From contig NC_086097.1 in the NCBI RefSeq assembly GCF_963921235.1, positions 183,522,001 through 183,586,000 of the forward strand: a stretch of DNA of 64,000 nucleotides. The letters run 5' to 3'. Below the pieces are notes generated by a model. It did not search any database. It saw only the letters and a list, made by a program, of their open reading frames with translations, and was not told where the DNA came from. How positions within the stretch are numbered: position 1 is the stretch's first letter; the number at the start of each line of letters is the position of its first letter. The DNA comes from Mobula hypostoma. Its lineage: Eukaryota. Below, one piece after another: positions 1-13,850 of this stretch. A program made the position numbers and the translations under genes.

Positions 1-299
1 TTAATTAAAATTTTATTTAGTTTATATCTAAACAAATTTGTTTTTTAAACTTTTGAAATAATTCATTTTTAAGTCAAAGCAATCTAGGACCCACAATCTG
101 AAGTCTCATCACTGCTGCGGGGCTGCTCCATAGAAGAACTTATTAAATTCCCTTTTGAATCTTATTGTTGAATACCAGCATAATAATGCTATATCCTGTT
201 GAATATGTAATCAAGAAGTGCTTTCACGCCATAATAACTCATTAAATAATTTGAATTCTTTTTTATAACCTCTCCCTGTTTTAGGCTGTGGTTCTCTCC

Positions 300-1620
300 T
301 GCTTTAAAAAGATCCCTATTGTCCTAGTCCCCAAGAAACAACAAGATAACATCACCCAGGGACTCCAACATCTACCATCATGAAGTACTTTGAGAGACAC
401 ACATCAACTCCAGCTTTCCAGACAATCTAAATCCACCGTAGTTTGTCTACTGCCGAAATAGGCCTACTGCAGATGCCATCTCCTTGACCCTACACTTACC
501 TCTGGAGCATCTGTATGGTATCTACATCAGACTACTGTTCATTTGTTCTGCATTCAATACTATTATTCCAAGCAAACTCATAATCAAACTCTGGACTTGG
601 AATTAATCTCTCCCTCTGCAAAGAGATCCTTGACTTTCTGACCAACAGACTGTAATCAGTAAGGATAGGCCGTAACACCTCCACCAAAGTTATTTTAAAC
701 ACTGCTGCTCCACAAGGTTGCATCCTCAGCCCCCTACTCTATTCCATGTACACTCAAGATGTGTGGCTAGATTCTGTTCTAATTCCATCTACAAGTTTAC
801 AGATGATACAACTGTAGAGGGTTACTGATGAGTCTGAGTGCAGGAAGGAGGCAGAGAGCTTAGTGACATGGTGTCATGACAACAACCTTTCCCTCAATGC
901 CAACAAAACAAGAGCTGGTCATTAACTTCAGAAAGAAACGTGGTGCATATGCGCCTACCTACATCAGTGGTGTTGAGGTTGAGAGGGTTGAGAGTTTCTA
1001 GTTCTTAGTAACCTGTCCTGGTTCAGCCATGTTGATGTCATGGCCAAGGAAGCTCACTAATGCCTCTACTTCCTCTGAAGGCTAAAGGAATTCAGCATGT
1101 CCCCATAACTCTTACGAATTTTATCAATGCACCATAGAGAGCATTCTGTCTGTATGACAACTGTTCTGCATGTGGCCCCAGGAAACTACAGAGAGCTGTG
1201 GACACAGCTCAGCACATCAAAGGAACTAGTCTCCCCTTTGTTCACACTTCTCACTGCCTTGGCAAAGAAGCCAGCATAATCAAAGTCCCCACCCACCATG
1301 GACATTCTCTCTGCTCCTTTCGCCCATCGGGCAGCTGATATAAAAGTGTGAAAGCACGTACCACCAGCCCTGAGGACAGCTTCTATTTCACTGTTATCAG
1401 AATCTTGAACAGACCTCTTGTATGATAAGATGGATTCTTGGCCTCACAATCTACCTCATTATGATCTCACATTTTATCATTTACCTGCACTGCACTTTTT
1501 CAGTAGCTTTTACACTTTATTCTGCAATGTCAGTGTTTTCCTTATTCTAGTTCAATGCACTGTGTAATGAAAAGTATGCAAGACAAGCTTTTCACTGTGA
1601 CAATAATAAACCAATACTAA
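300..1620 (+). mobile_element. Rex1/Babar-type LINE, degraded 3' part (RT + 3' UTR)
   Basis: Decayed RT motifs read by eye: TSTIMKYFER (~367), DAISLTLH (~472), APQGCILSPLLYS (~706), KFTDDTT (~793); AATAAA near 1605. Confidence 0.85.
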
Positions 1621-2049
1621 TCCCAATAATTCTCATGTCATCTGTGGGTTTTGCCAATCATACCATGTCTTAGTTCCTTGTGCCACTGTTAGTTGTTTCT
1701 CCTTAATCTATCAGAACATTTCATTATTTTGAACAATTCTTTTTGCCCTTCCCTGTACAAAGGAGAAAAAGCCCACTTTTTACAACATTTTCTAGTAAAT
1801 GAGGAATTACTTAAGTACTGCTACTTTTATTAAGTCACTTATATACTCTGTCAAAGTCCTTGACATTTGTTGTAAAATCTGGTGTCTATAATTGAACTCT
1901 ATCCTTTAACTGAGGACAAACAGTGTTTTAAAAAGTTTTGGTATAACATTTTTTTAATTGATAGATTATCTGTTATTTTATAAAGCTAAATAGTTTATTT
2001 GCTGTCTTCTCAACATTGATTTATATTCCTACTTCTTGTATGTTCAATC

Positions 2050-4490
2050 AGTAGATAATCTTGTTGTGCAGTTAGAAATTGGCAGATATGTTGATGTGGC
2101 ATCACAGAGTTACAGTTGAAAGAAGATCACAATGTTACAATGGTCATGAGGTTTTCAATATGCAAGTAGATTGGGAAAGTTGGGTATTGAATCTTGTTAA
2201 GAGACTGCAAGGGTAAAAAGACTCTGATAGGAGTTATATACAGGCTTCTGAATGGTAGCCAAGATGTGTGATACAAATTACAATGGGTGATTAAAGAATA
2301 CATATAAAAAAGTCAATGTTACATTGGTCATAGAGGATTGCAACATGTACAGTAGGTAGAATGGGAAAACAGAGCTGCAGCTGGATCTCAAGAGAAGGAG
2401 AGAAGGAATCTGCAGAATGATTGCACAAGTTGGCTTTTTAGTGCAGCTTGTGATTCAAGCCCACTAGGAGAAAGGCAATTGTGGATTGGGTGTTATGTGA
2501 TGAACCAGATTTGACTAGAGAACTAAAAGTAAAGGAACCCTTGGGAGACAGAGATCATAATATGATAGAATTCACCCTGCAGTCTGAGAGGGAGAAGCTA
2601 AATTTTGATGGATCTGTGTTACAGATGAGTAAAGGTAACTACAGAGAGAAGCTGGCCAAAGTTGATTGGAAGGGGACACTAGTGGGGACAACAGTATGAC
2701 AGCAATGACTGGAGTTTCTGGGAGTCATTTGGAAGATGTAGTATTGGTTCATGCAAAAAAGTTTTTTTAAAGGGAGGATGAAGCAACTGTGGCTGACAAG
2801 GGAAGTCAAAAAGAGCATAAAAGCAAAAGAGTAGGCATACGGTACAGCAAGAATAGAGGATTGGAAAGCATTTAAAAACCAACAGAATACAACTATAAAA
2901 GTAATAAGCAGGGAAAAGATGAGATATGAATGCTAGCTAGCCAATAATATAAAAGAGGATACCAAATGTTTTCTTTTCAGATATATAAAGAATAAAAGAG
3001 AGACAAGAGTAGAAATTGGAATGCTGGAAAATGACACTGGAGGGGTAGTAATGGGGGACAAAGAAATGGCGCATGAACTGATAAATAAATTGTGTCAGTC
3101 TTCCTGTGAGAGATACTAGCAGTATGCCAGAAATTAGAGAGTCAGGGTGCGGAAGTGAGTGTAGTTGCTATTACTAAGGAGAAGGTGCTTAGGAAGCTGA
3201 AAGGTCTGAAGGTGGATAAGTCACTTGGACCAGATGCTGCCCATGGTTCTGAAAGAGGTAGTTGAAGAGATTATGCAGGCATTAGTAGTGATTATTCAAG
3301 AATCAGTAGATTCTGGCATGGTTCTGGTGAACTGGAAAACTGCAAATGTCACTCCACTGTTTAGGAAGTGAAGGAGACAAAAGACAGGAAATTATAAGCC
3401 AGTTAGTCTGACTTCAGTGGTTGGCACCATGTTGGATTCCATTATTAAAATTGAGCTTTCAGGGTACTCAGATGCACATGATAAACTAGCCGAAGTTAGC
3501 ATGGTTTTCTGAAGGGGAAGTCTTACCTGACAAAACTGTTGGAATTCTTTGAGGGAATAAAAGGCAGAATAGACGAAGGAGAGTCAGTGGACATTGCTTA
3601 CTTGAATTGTCAGAAGGCTTTTGACAAGGTGCTGCACATGAGGCTACTAAACAAAATAAGAGTCCATGATATTACAGGAAGGATACTAGAATGGACAGAA
3701 GATTGGCTGACCGGCAGAGGTCAAGGAATGGGAATGAAGGGGGCCTTTTCTGGTTTGCTGCTGATGACTGGTGGTGTTCCACAGGGATCAGTGGTGCAAA
3801 GCAACCTGGGTGTCCTAGTACAGGATGCCCTAAAGGTTGAGTAGGGAGTAAGGAAGACAAATATATTGATTGCATTCATTTCAAGAAGTCTGCTGAGGAT
3901 TTGTAAGGCATTGTTCAGACCACATTTTGATTATTCTGAGCAGTTTTGGGCATCATAGGTAAGAAAGTATGTGCTGGCATTGGAGATTGTCCATAGGAGG
4001 TTTACAAGAATGACCCTGGAAATGAAAGAGTTAGCTTATGGGGAGTGTTTGATGGCTCTGGGCCTATATTCTGTGGAGTTTAGAAGAATGAGGGGGAAAC
4101 TCATTGAAACTTACCAAATATTGAAAGGCCTGGATAAAGTGGATGTGAAGAAGATGTTTTCAATAGGGGTAAAGAGCCCAGGAGCAATGAGCGCAGCCTC
4201 AGAACAGAATAATTTCCCTTTAAAACAGAGGTGAGAAGGAATTTTTTTAGTCAGAGGGTGCTGAATCTGTGGAATTCTTTGCCGCAGGTGGCTGTGTAGG
4301 CCAAGTCATTGGATATATTTAAAGCTAAGGTTGATAGTTTCTTGATTATCAGGGCATGAAAGGTTATGGGGAGAAGGCAGGGGAATGGGGTATATAGGGA
4401 AAATAAATCAGCCATGATTAAATGGTGAAGCAGACTCAATGGGTCAAATGGCTTTATTCTGCTCCTATGTCTTATGGCTTTATGGTTATC
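2050..4490 (+). mobile_element. CR1/L3 LINE, degraded ORF2 (EN-RT) and 3' end
   Basis: ORF pieces [69 protein letters not shown]; ends in a (tcttatgg)-like CR1 tail near 4470-4487. Confidence 0.9.
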
Positions 4491-4874
4491 TTTGTTATGT
4501 ACCTTTTTAAAATAGTGCTATGTTTCATCTCCTCCATCATCCCAATAAAATATTTCCTGTCACATAATTTCCATCAGCAGCATATCTGTCCATTTCACTA
4601 GTTCACTTGGCCATGAAGCACATTACTACTCCCCTCATTATTTACAACATATCCAATTCTGAGATCTTTAAAATTGTGTCACGTATATCAAAACCCAGCT
4701 CATTAGTATATATCAAAAATGACATAGGTGCTGATGGACACTTTTCTCTAGTTTTTAAACCCATTGTTCATCATTAGTCAGTCTCCAGTTTTCCACTGAG
4801 ACAACCTGCTTGCTGTTGACCAGTCATCCCTGATGCTGTTCTGACTGGTGATTCACAAATTCAGCAGCAGAATT

Positions 4875-6745
4875 TTGCTATTTGGCCCATTAAATCTGCT
4901 CCAACATTCCATTATGGATCATTTATTATCCCTCTCAACTCTATCCTCCTGCCTTCTCCCTGTATCCCTTGATACCCTGATTAATCAAGAACCGATCAAC
5001 CTCCACCTTAAATATACCCAATGACTTGGCCTGTTCAGTCATCTGTGGCAATAAATTCCACAGATTCACCACTCTCTGGCTAAAGAAATTTTTCCTCATC
5101 TCTGTTCTAAATGGATATCCCTCAGTTCAGAGGCTGGTCCTAGACTACCCCACTATAGGAGACATCCTCTCCACATCCACTCTATCTATTCCTTTCAATA
5201 TTTGATAGTTTTCAATTCCATCCCCCCCCTTATTCTAAACTCCAGTGAGTACAGGCTCAGAGCCAGTGAGTACTCCTTATATGTTAACCCTTTCATTCCT
5301 GGGATCATTCTTGTGAACCTCCTCTGAACCCTCTCCAATGCCAGCACACCTTTTCTCAGATAAAGTGCGCGGAATTGCCCACAATACTACAAGTGCTGCC
5401 TTAACAATCCCCAATAAAGCCTCAGCATTACATCCTTGCTTTTGTATTCTTGTCCTTTCAAAAATGAATGCTAACTTTGCAATTGCCTTGCTTACCACTC
5501 TAATTTTCATAGATGCACCGTAGAAAGCATTCTTCTAGGGTACATCACAACCTGGTATGGAAGTTGTCCTGTCCAAGACCGAAAGAAGCTGCAGAAGATC
5601 GTGAACACGGCGCAGCACATCACACAAACCAATCTCCCGTCCTTGGATTCACTTTACACCGCATGCTGTTGGAGCAGTGCTGCCAGGATAATCAAGGACA
5701 CGACCCACCCAGCCAACACACTTCTCGTCCCTCTTCCCTCCGGGAGAAGGTTCAGGAGTTTGAAGACTCATATGGCCAGGTTTGGGAACAGCTTCTTTCC
5801 AACTGTGATAAGACTGCTGAACAGATCCTGACCCAGATCTGGGCCATACCCTCCAAATATCCGGACCTGCCTCTCGGTATTTTTGCATTACCTTACTTCC
5901 CATTTTCCTATTTTCTATTTATGATTTATAATTTAAATTTTTAATATTCACTAATTTTAACTATTTTTAATATATTTAATATTTAATATTTGTAATCCAG
6001 GGAGTGTGAAGTGCAGAATCAAATATCGCTGTGATGATTGTACGTTCTAGTACCAATTGTTTGGTGACAATAAAGTATAAAGTACCACCAACTTGACCTG
6101 CAAATTAACCTTTAGGGAATCCTGCATGAGGGCTCCCAATTCCATTTTCACCCGTGAGCTTTGAATTTTTCTCTATTTAGAAAATAGTCCATACCTTTCT
6201 CCTTCTGCCAATGTGCATGACCATGTGCTTCTCTGAACTAAACTCTACCTGCCGCTTCTTTGCCCATTCCTCCAATCTGTCTAAGTCCTTCTGCAGACAC
6301 CCTGCTTCCTAAGCACTAACTGCCCCTCCACCTGTCTTCGTATCATCTACAACGTTGGTCACAAAGTCTTCAATTCCTTCATCCAAATCATTGGCATACA
6401 ACGTGAAAAGAAACGGACCCAAAACCAATGCCTGCAGCATGCTACTTGTCACAACCAGCCAACCAGATAAGGCTCACTTTATTCCCACTGCTTGCCTTCT
6501 GCCAGTGCAGTCAGCCAATCTTCTATCCATGCTAGTACCTTTCCTGTAATACCATGGGTTCTTATAATGTTAAGCAGCATCATGTGCGACACATTGTCAA
6601 AGTCCTTCTGAAAATCCAAGTAAACAACATTCACAGACTCTCCTTTGTCTATCCTGATTGTTATTTCCTCAATGGATTCCAACAGATTTATCAGACAAGA
6701 TTTCCCCTTTAGAAAAGCATGCTGACTTTCGCCTATTTTATCACA
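4875..6745 (-). mobile_element. CR1 LINE fragment, split by a Rex1-type insertion at ~5499-6082
   Basis: Minus ORF 6479-6682 EEITIRIDKGESVNVVYLDFQKDFDNVSHM; CR1 3' end at ~4880; host sequence resumes at 6083. Confidence 0.85.
5499..6082 (+). mobile_element. Young Rex1/Babar-type LINE 3' end
   Basis: ORF 5601-5831 [45 protein letters not shown] is a Rex1 C-terminus; (taaagta) tail; candidate TSD taccac at 5493-5498 and 6083-6088. Confidence 0.85.
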
Positions 6746-8947
6746 TAGGATTCCTTATCAAATTGGAAAAGCTAGCTTACAAATATCAGTTGAGACAAGG
6801 ATGTAGATTTGAGTTGGCTTGCCTTTGGAGTAGTTCTTAAATGTTAAAAAAACTGATGAAAATTAAAATTGGTAAATGGATAACTAATAGCTGTGTTATT
6901 TTATATTGATTTTAAGCCTTAAAAACTGTAGTGCTGTTTATCAGCACCCTTGCTGGACTTTGAAGAAGCATCATATAGATTTAATATATTGCAGCCTACA
7001 GAATATGATTCTTTGGAAAATGTGGTTTGAGTGCTTTGAGGTGCGAATAAGAAAGTGGAGGAAACACGATGGAATATAATTCAGAAGCTCTGTACAATTG
7101 CATACATTTCCATACATTTTCCAGGTGTATTTCACAACAGTAGCTATAGGTAAGAATGTCAGCTACTTCTAAGCCAATAGCCAGTTCACCATTAACTAAA
7201 ATAATTTTAGTTCCATACAAAATCCTGAACAATAAAATGCAGGCAAAGTAACTAATTGCTATATCTATGCTGAACAACAGCTGTGTAGTGGATGTAGATG
7301 TAAGCATATTGTTTGCATAGACACTTCTGACAAACAAAAGGCTGAAAAGGCCATATCTCAATTAAAAACTTATCACACTTTAGGAGCAGACAGTATACTA
7401 TTGAAACTCTAAACTTAATGCTGAAGAGCTTCAGTCCTTGAGTTTTCCAAAAATTCTCTGGTTTTAGATTTCCAGCATCTGCAGTTTTTTTGATTTTCAA
7501 AATTAAGATTGATTGGTATGTATGAATGATGATGGGAACAGAGCAGCCTGAGCCACTTTGTTTGAGGAACTGTAACTCTGAAAGTATCATAGTACTGAGC
7601 AGCAAGGAGAATCAGAGACACAGCCCAACTCAGAGAGACTACGGGGCCTACAGTCAGGCTTAATAATTACCGCTTACGCATTGTCAAACTAAATTTACAG
7701 GCTGTAGCTCCAAAGAAATTATTGAGGAAAATTATGGTTCAATGGCTACAAAGCATCAACATGAACGACTGAGAGATATATAACTCAGAAAAAGAATGCA
7801 GTAAACATCCACGAGGAAAATTGGGGTCTGGTAACGACGCACCTGAACCATTATAAGTCAATTTAACAACAGCATGATTGACAAAGGCTGTGACGAATGA
7901 GCTGAAAAGAGATCTAAACAGATACATTTCCTTGGAGAATTAAGGAGCAGTTTGGTCACAGAATACAAGTATTGCTTATTAAGAAGATTAAGAAATGGTC
8001 ATATGCATAAAGACAAGTACTGTGGTGAAACTGCATGGCAGTGTATGGGTAGGTGGGTTTGTATAGAGAGTGGGTAATAACAACAAAAGTATACCTTGAA
8101 TGACAAAAGATGGTATTTTTCATGCATTTGCACAGTTTACTCTTCGGGTGTTTGCCTGTAATGGAGGGCGCATGTCTATTTCTCCCTGGAATGATGCATC
8201 AAAATGGCAGCCAGATGCTAAGCAGAAAGTGGTGATTGCAGAAGAACTTGTGGAAGCTGCTCTCTGGCTATGCCGAAAGACTTTGGTTGATATTAGTAAA
8301 TCTACACCACTGTTCCATCCTCACAAGATCTTCAGAGCTTTTGAGCTGTCTCCACATTGCAGTGAAATCACCTATAACAGATCCAACTCAGTCTGCACTT
8401 GTTTTAGAACATTCAACCATCTGTGAACAACAAGGGTCTTACAGAAACAAAGAACACATCCTCTTAATGCTTCCATCATTATTGCCTGTGCAACGCTCAG
8501 TCAATATTGTATGAGCTTAACACAGCAACTCCTGCTGAGCTTTTTGTTTTTAATCTTATTTGTGGACTCTTACAGTGACCTAACTATTATCCTGTTAGTC
8601 CTATGAACTTCCTCTACCACCACGACCACCCTTCTTCCACCACTGCTTACTTACCTGCAACCCTTTACAATTACATCTTGTCAGCCATAGTTCTTTGAGC
8701 ACTCCCATTCCTCTACTACATCAGTCACAGGAGAAATATTATTAATAGCTGCCTTTCATTTTTGTATTGCATATTAATTAGGGTTAAAAATCATTCACAA
8801 TAGCTGATTATGGACATAAGGGAGATGATGGTATTCAATCACTGGCTTCTGGCTCCCCTTCATGATTCAGGGAGATAGCAAGGTGAGTATTCTGTGCCAC
8901 ACAGAGTCAGGTAGAGGCAGCAGGTGACTGAAGTTTAAAAATCTTAC

Positions 8948-9040
8948 CCGGCTGAAGACCTCAGAAATGTCCCTGTCGCTTCTCTGGATCTGGATAGTGC
9001 ACACATAGTTAGTTCATTTCCTTATCTTTTGCAGATCAGT
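8948..9040 (-). other. Candidate internal exon (93 nt)
   Basis: Minus strand: long pyrimidine tract ctccctccatctgttttgtaccttagcctttacctatgtcttacAG, donor CGG|GTAAGA. No homology evidence. Confidence 0.35.
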
Positions 9041-10832
9041 CTGTAAGACATAGGTAAAGGCTAAGGTACAAAACAGATGGAGGGAGACGAGTGAATGGAC
9101 AATGATGAATGATAAGACGTTATGTGACGATGTGCCTTATGCTTCTTTCTTTCGCAAGATGGATCTTATTCACTTCTCACTCACTTTCACCTCTAAATAG
9201 CTTGGATTTGAAAAAATGCACCCGATAATTTATGGCTTCTGAAAAAAACAGTTTATTAAGGAGTGGGTGAGTGTTTCTCATCCTCAGTGAAGATAATGGA
9301 ACAATTTTCAATGTTTGAACTAATGGATTCAAGATTTGATTAGGTGCTATAAATGAAGGAAAATGGTAAGGGTTCTGCTAGAGTCCAATTGTGGTGTGAG
9401 ATCAGGGAGAGCTCTTCAGTTTGGAAGAATATATATAAGACAAAATCTTGTAACCATAAAATGAAAACAGCTCATGAAATGTTGGGTGAAAGGCTGATAA
9501 GTAAAGGCCAGATTTTTGGCAATCAAATTTTCAATTGGGCAGCTCTGGGAACATCAAATAACTTCACTAGAGAGAATTAAGTTATTGTTAAAAGCCATCA
9601 TCGCACATTGATACCTCTTGAGAATAAACTTAAACATGGAGAAAGCATTTTAGCTACTTCAGGACAAAATTTTACTACAAATACGTTAGTAATAAGTTAT
9701 TAAGTGTAATTTTGCCATCTGGTATCTGAGAGAGATCCATCAGGGAGAAGACTGAGCTCTCTTTGGACTCACAGGAAAAAGTGAAGGTCAGCTCAATTTG
9801 GCCAGAATGCCTTTGGACACCCTGATTCTAATTCCCATGTATGTTCTTGGTCAATACTGGAAAAGTTAACATGGTTTATAATCTATTTCATTGTTACCTG
9901 TTGTTAAGTAATATTATGTTTTGTGAAATACAACTCAGTGCTCTTAATCAAATTAGTGTTAAGTTGAATAATTATCCCTGATTATGTTCTGACCCTCACG
10001 AGATCAAATATTGAAGTTTAGATATAAGGACACATAAGTGAGTTTCACTGGTGTCTATGGCTATTTTAATTCTATTAGAAATCACCCATGTAGAAATTGG
10101 TGACTTTTCAGAATCATCAGTTTTAATCTGTATGAGACAGAGCCTGACATATTTGGAGATCCCTTAATGTGTTCGATCACAATCAGCATCTAAGATGGTC
10201 TGATCTAGTTTACACATTTTTTTTTGGTCGCTGATCTTTAGTGACATTAACCGGGAGGTGACACCAGCTCTGACATGAGTTAAAGATGTGCCTCTGCAAA
10301 GAGCACTAACAGGTCTGACAATGAATTGTGGTTTAGAATCTTCCTTTTTAAAGCTAAGTCCTTTGTACTCTTGAAGAGATCCCTGATGATCTTCTTTGCT
10401 TGCCATTTCTGACGTAATAATGTTCTTTCATTCATTATGATGGGAGCTATTTGGTCACAGGACCAATTAACCAGTCAAGGGCAACTTTACTGCATGGCAG
10501 GCCCAGTATTAGAAGGACCTATCATGAAGGGAGATTATAAAGTTCAGTGTTCTTTGGAAAATTTATAATCAACACATGGGTTCTGTGCATAATTGTCCAA
10601 CATTCGTGAATATTATGTTCATGATGTGTGTACATTAAAACAATGCTCAGCAAAGGCTTTGTACAAAATTGGCAGTTTCTCCTTACAGCACAGTACCGAA
10701 AGAAATTCCTAAATGAAAATTTGTATACAAATATTTTGTGGATAAGTAATACAAGTGTTGTTTTAAAAGGACAAGTAGACATACCAGTGTCCAAGGTGAC
10801 CAAGCAATAAAAAGCAGAAGTACATAACTTAC

Positions 10833-10919
10833 CTGCCTCAGTAACCTGGTTGCACCCTGTTTGGAATTTCCCTGCAGTACTGGGGATGAATTGGTTGGTG
10901 CAATGCTTTTGACATCCAT
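10833..10919 (-). other. Candidate internal exon (87 nt, MDVKSIAPTNSSPVLQGNSKQGATRLLRQ)
   Basis: Strong donor CAG|GTAAGT; weak acceptor (aatttaaAG); frame open. Confidence 0.25.
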
Positions 10920-12244
10920 CTTTAAATTTTACAAGTGACATTTAATGCTTGATGCCTTGTGCACCCAGGTGTTTGTTGTGCCTTACTTAATTTCCACCAG
11001 GAGGTTTCAGAAACATTTCGGATTCTTCTTGCCTGGTTTAATTCCACACTCTTTCGTTTCGTTGACCAGGTTATAGTGTGGTATATGTAGACCCTACTTT
11101 TCCCTGTCATGCTGTGCTGCTCTCTGTCTTTACAGCTCACAGTATGCTGCTCTCGTCTCTGTTCAGGAGACTAATTAAAATAATTTAATCTTGGCGCTGG
11201 TCTCCTACTCCCCGATTGCATTACTGCACAGTGTTGATAGAGCATGGGACATTCAGTGTGCATTATAATCAAATTTTCTGCTCTCTGGGGAGTCGCAGTG
11301 ATTTATGGGATGACTTCTAGGGAAGGGGAAATCTGACTTTAATGTGTACTGACTGCTGCCATGCACTGGTTCCTCTCTGTACAGCTAAATCAGAGAGTAG
11401 TGGAAGAAAAGACTGAAAGTGAAAATTGCTCATATTTAAAATCATAATTAGAACCCTTATTTTTAATACAATGGTCTGTAAGTTGGAGTTACGTCAAAAA
11501 GCATTTTACACATATTAGTGCATAAGGCTCTGACAACAATGAACCACCCATACTAGTCACATGCTTATCTGGCACATCAAAATCGTCTTCTGTGCAAACC
11601 ATTGTGTCCACTTGCGGGTAATTGCTAGCCTGATTTTCAACAGTGAGTCCTGGTACAGGAGCAGGACCTCACACATGTAAATGCCATCATATGGGGTGAG
11701 AGCCGGAAGAAGCACCCTGTCTTAGCCAGATAACAATCCTGTCAAAAACTGTGAATGTTTCTGAACATACAAAGATTAATGAGCTCTGAGAGGTGGACTG
11801 ATCTGGGTGTCTTGGTGCATGATTAGCAAAAGGCATGTATGCTGGTACTGCAAGAAATTGAGAAAGTAATTACTGGTTTAATATCTGGACTGGACAAGTT
11901 ATTTGTTGGAAAGGGAGGCTGGAATTCAGAAGAGTGAGTGGAATTGAAAAATAAAAATACTGAGCAGTTTTGACTGGGTGGATGTGGACAGAGGTTTCCT
12001 ATGGTTGAGGTATATAGAACATAAAATAGGAGCAGTCCCTTCAGCCTAAATTGTCTGCACCAACCAGCATATGAGCTGCACCCTTCTCTTCCCTACCTGT
12101 TCATCTGCTTGTCTAAAGACATTTTAAATGTTGCCATCAGATTTTCTTATACCACCTCTCCAGTACAGACACTTACCATTGTGTAAAAAAGACAACTTTC
12201 TTCACACAGTTTTAATACTTTTCCCCTCTCACCTTAACTCCGTA

Positions 12245-12400
12245 AAATAAACAGAAACATAATAAAATGCCGGAGGAATTTTCGATTAGGCAGCATCTAC
12301 AAAGGAAATGAACAGTTGAACTTTTGGACCTAGAACCTTCATCAGGACTGGAACAAGACAAAAGTCAGAATAAAAAGGTAGGGGAGGGGGAGAAGCACGG
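12245..12400 (-). mobile_element. Penelope-like element terminal fragment with decayed hammerhead motif
   Basis: Minus 12313-12350 reads CAGTC-CTGATGA-AGGTTCTAGGTCC-AAAA-GTTC-AACTG (GAAA mutated); flanks match the other Penelope termini in the window. Confidence 0.65.
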
Positions 12401-12419
12401 AAATTTTATGTGTGAGGCG

Positions 12420-12995
12420 AGGGCCTCCGTCAGTCAAAGTTGCCATGGATATTGCGTCCTAGAAGTCTAGATGTGCAAGCCTGGGCAATACTGTGTAGAG
12501 AGCTAGCTGTTGGCCATGTAGCAAGCTCCTCCTCTCTGTGCATCTGATAAACCCAAAGGAATGGCAGAGACCAATGCAGTTTAGTACCAGCAGCATCGCA
12601 GGAGTTGCCAGTCAGCATTGAACTCAATGTAGGACTGCCTTAGAGACACCAGCTTTGGATTTTTCCCTTGGGATTTACTCCTGAAGCTTTCCCTGTGGGT
12701 GGGTATAGTCACAAGGCAGTGGAGGTTTAAGATCAGATTTTTCCTTCTCCTAGATGAGCTGCCAACCATGGCTGACGAGCCCCATCTGCCTGAAGCAACT
12801 CGTTTTAAGGCGCTAGTAACCCGCCTTTGCCTCTTCTCCTGTCTGTAGAAATGGTTCTGATGGGCTTAGTAGATAAGCCACACGTGAAGGCCAGGAGCTA
12901 GACTTGGTTGTCAGAAGCTATTTGAGGTACACGCCATTGGGAGTATTTAATAGGTAGTGGGAGCTTGGCTCCATTACCACCCCCAGCTGTAATAA
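12420..12995 (-). mobile_element. Non-autonomous retroposon with RTE-like 5' UTR (copy 1)
   Basis: Clearly homologous to 48085-48565; contains the ggcagctcatctaggagaaggaaaaatctga motif resembling RTE-clade 5' UTRs; no ORF. Confidence 0.55.
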
Positions 12996-13169
12996 CTTTA
13001 ATTTCATGTGTGCTTCTCAAGATTTTAAGCAGTTGCAGAATCTTTTGATGCTTTTTCTATGGACCTTTTATTACATGCAATGAAATCCAGGCAACATCCT
13101 GGTGAAATATTATGCATCTTAGAGGTTACAATTTAAAAATAAGGAGTTGCCCATTTAAGTGATTATTTT

Positions 13170-13850
13170 TCTCTCAGGTAGTCATGGTTGAGTGGTGTGC
13201 AATAACAACCTCACACTCAATGTCAGCAAGACCAAGGAATTGATTGTGGACTTCAGAAAGGGGAAGTTGGGGTTAGTGGTGGAAAGGATGAGCAGCTTCA
13301 AGTTCCTGAGAAGATCTATCCTGGACCCAAAATATTGTTGGGATCATAAAGAAAGTGCACCAGCAGTTCTACTTTGTTGGGAATCTGAGGAGATTTAGTA
13401 TGTCGTCAAAAACCCTTGCAAATTTCTACAGCTGTGTGGTGGAGGGCATTCTGAATGGAATGCACAGGATTGCAAGACAAAGGGTTGTAGACTGAGCCAT
13501 CTCCATTATGGGCACAAACATCTCCACCGTGAAGGATACCCTCAAGAGGTGGTGCCTCAAGAAGGTGACACCCATCCAAGGGATCCTCACCATCCAGGGC
13601 GTGCCCTCTTCTTGTTACTGCCGTAAGGGAGCAGGCACAGAAACCTGAGGACCATACTCAACAATTCAGGATACACTTCTCTTTCACCGTCAAATTTCTG
13701 AATTATCCAAGAACCTGTGAACACTGCCTTGTTATTCCTTTTTTTTGGAACTATTTACTTGTTTTGTAATTTGTAGTAATTTTATTGCTCCCAAAAAACA
13801 ACAAATTTCACATTAAATAAGACAGTGATAAATCTGAATCTGATTCTAAT
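13170..13850 (+). mobile_element. Rex1/Babar-type LINE 3' fragment
   Basis: NNNLTLNVSKTKELIVDFRK (ORF 13192-13398); (tctga) tail near 13835-13848. Confidence 0.85.

Noticed and set aside
8948..9040. In-frame TGA in candidate exons (TDLQKIRK*TNYV..., KNYG*QDV...) as selenocysteine
   Set aside because: No selenoprotein similarity, the frames do not join consistently, and I identified no SECIS.
11105..11445. Plus-strand splice acceptors (11135, 11166, 11384)
   Set aside because: Good pyrimidine tracts but no matching donors or recognisable peptide.
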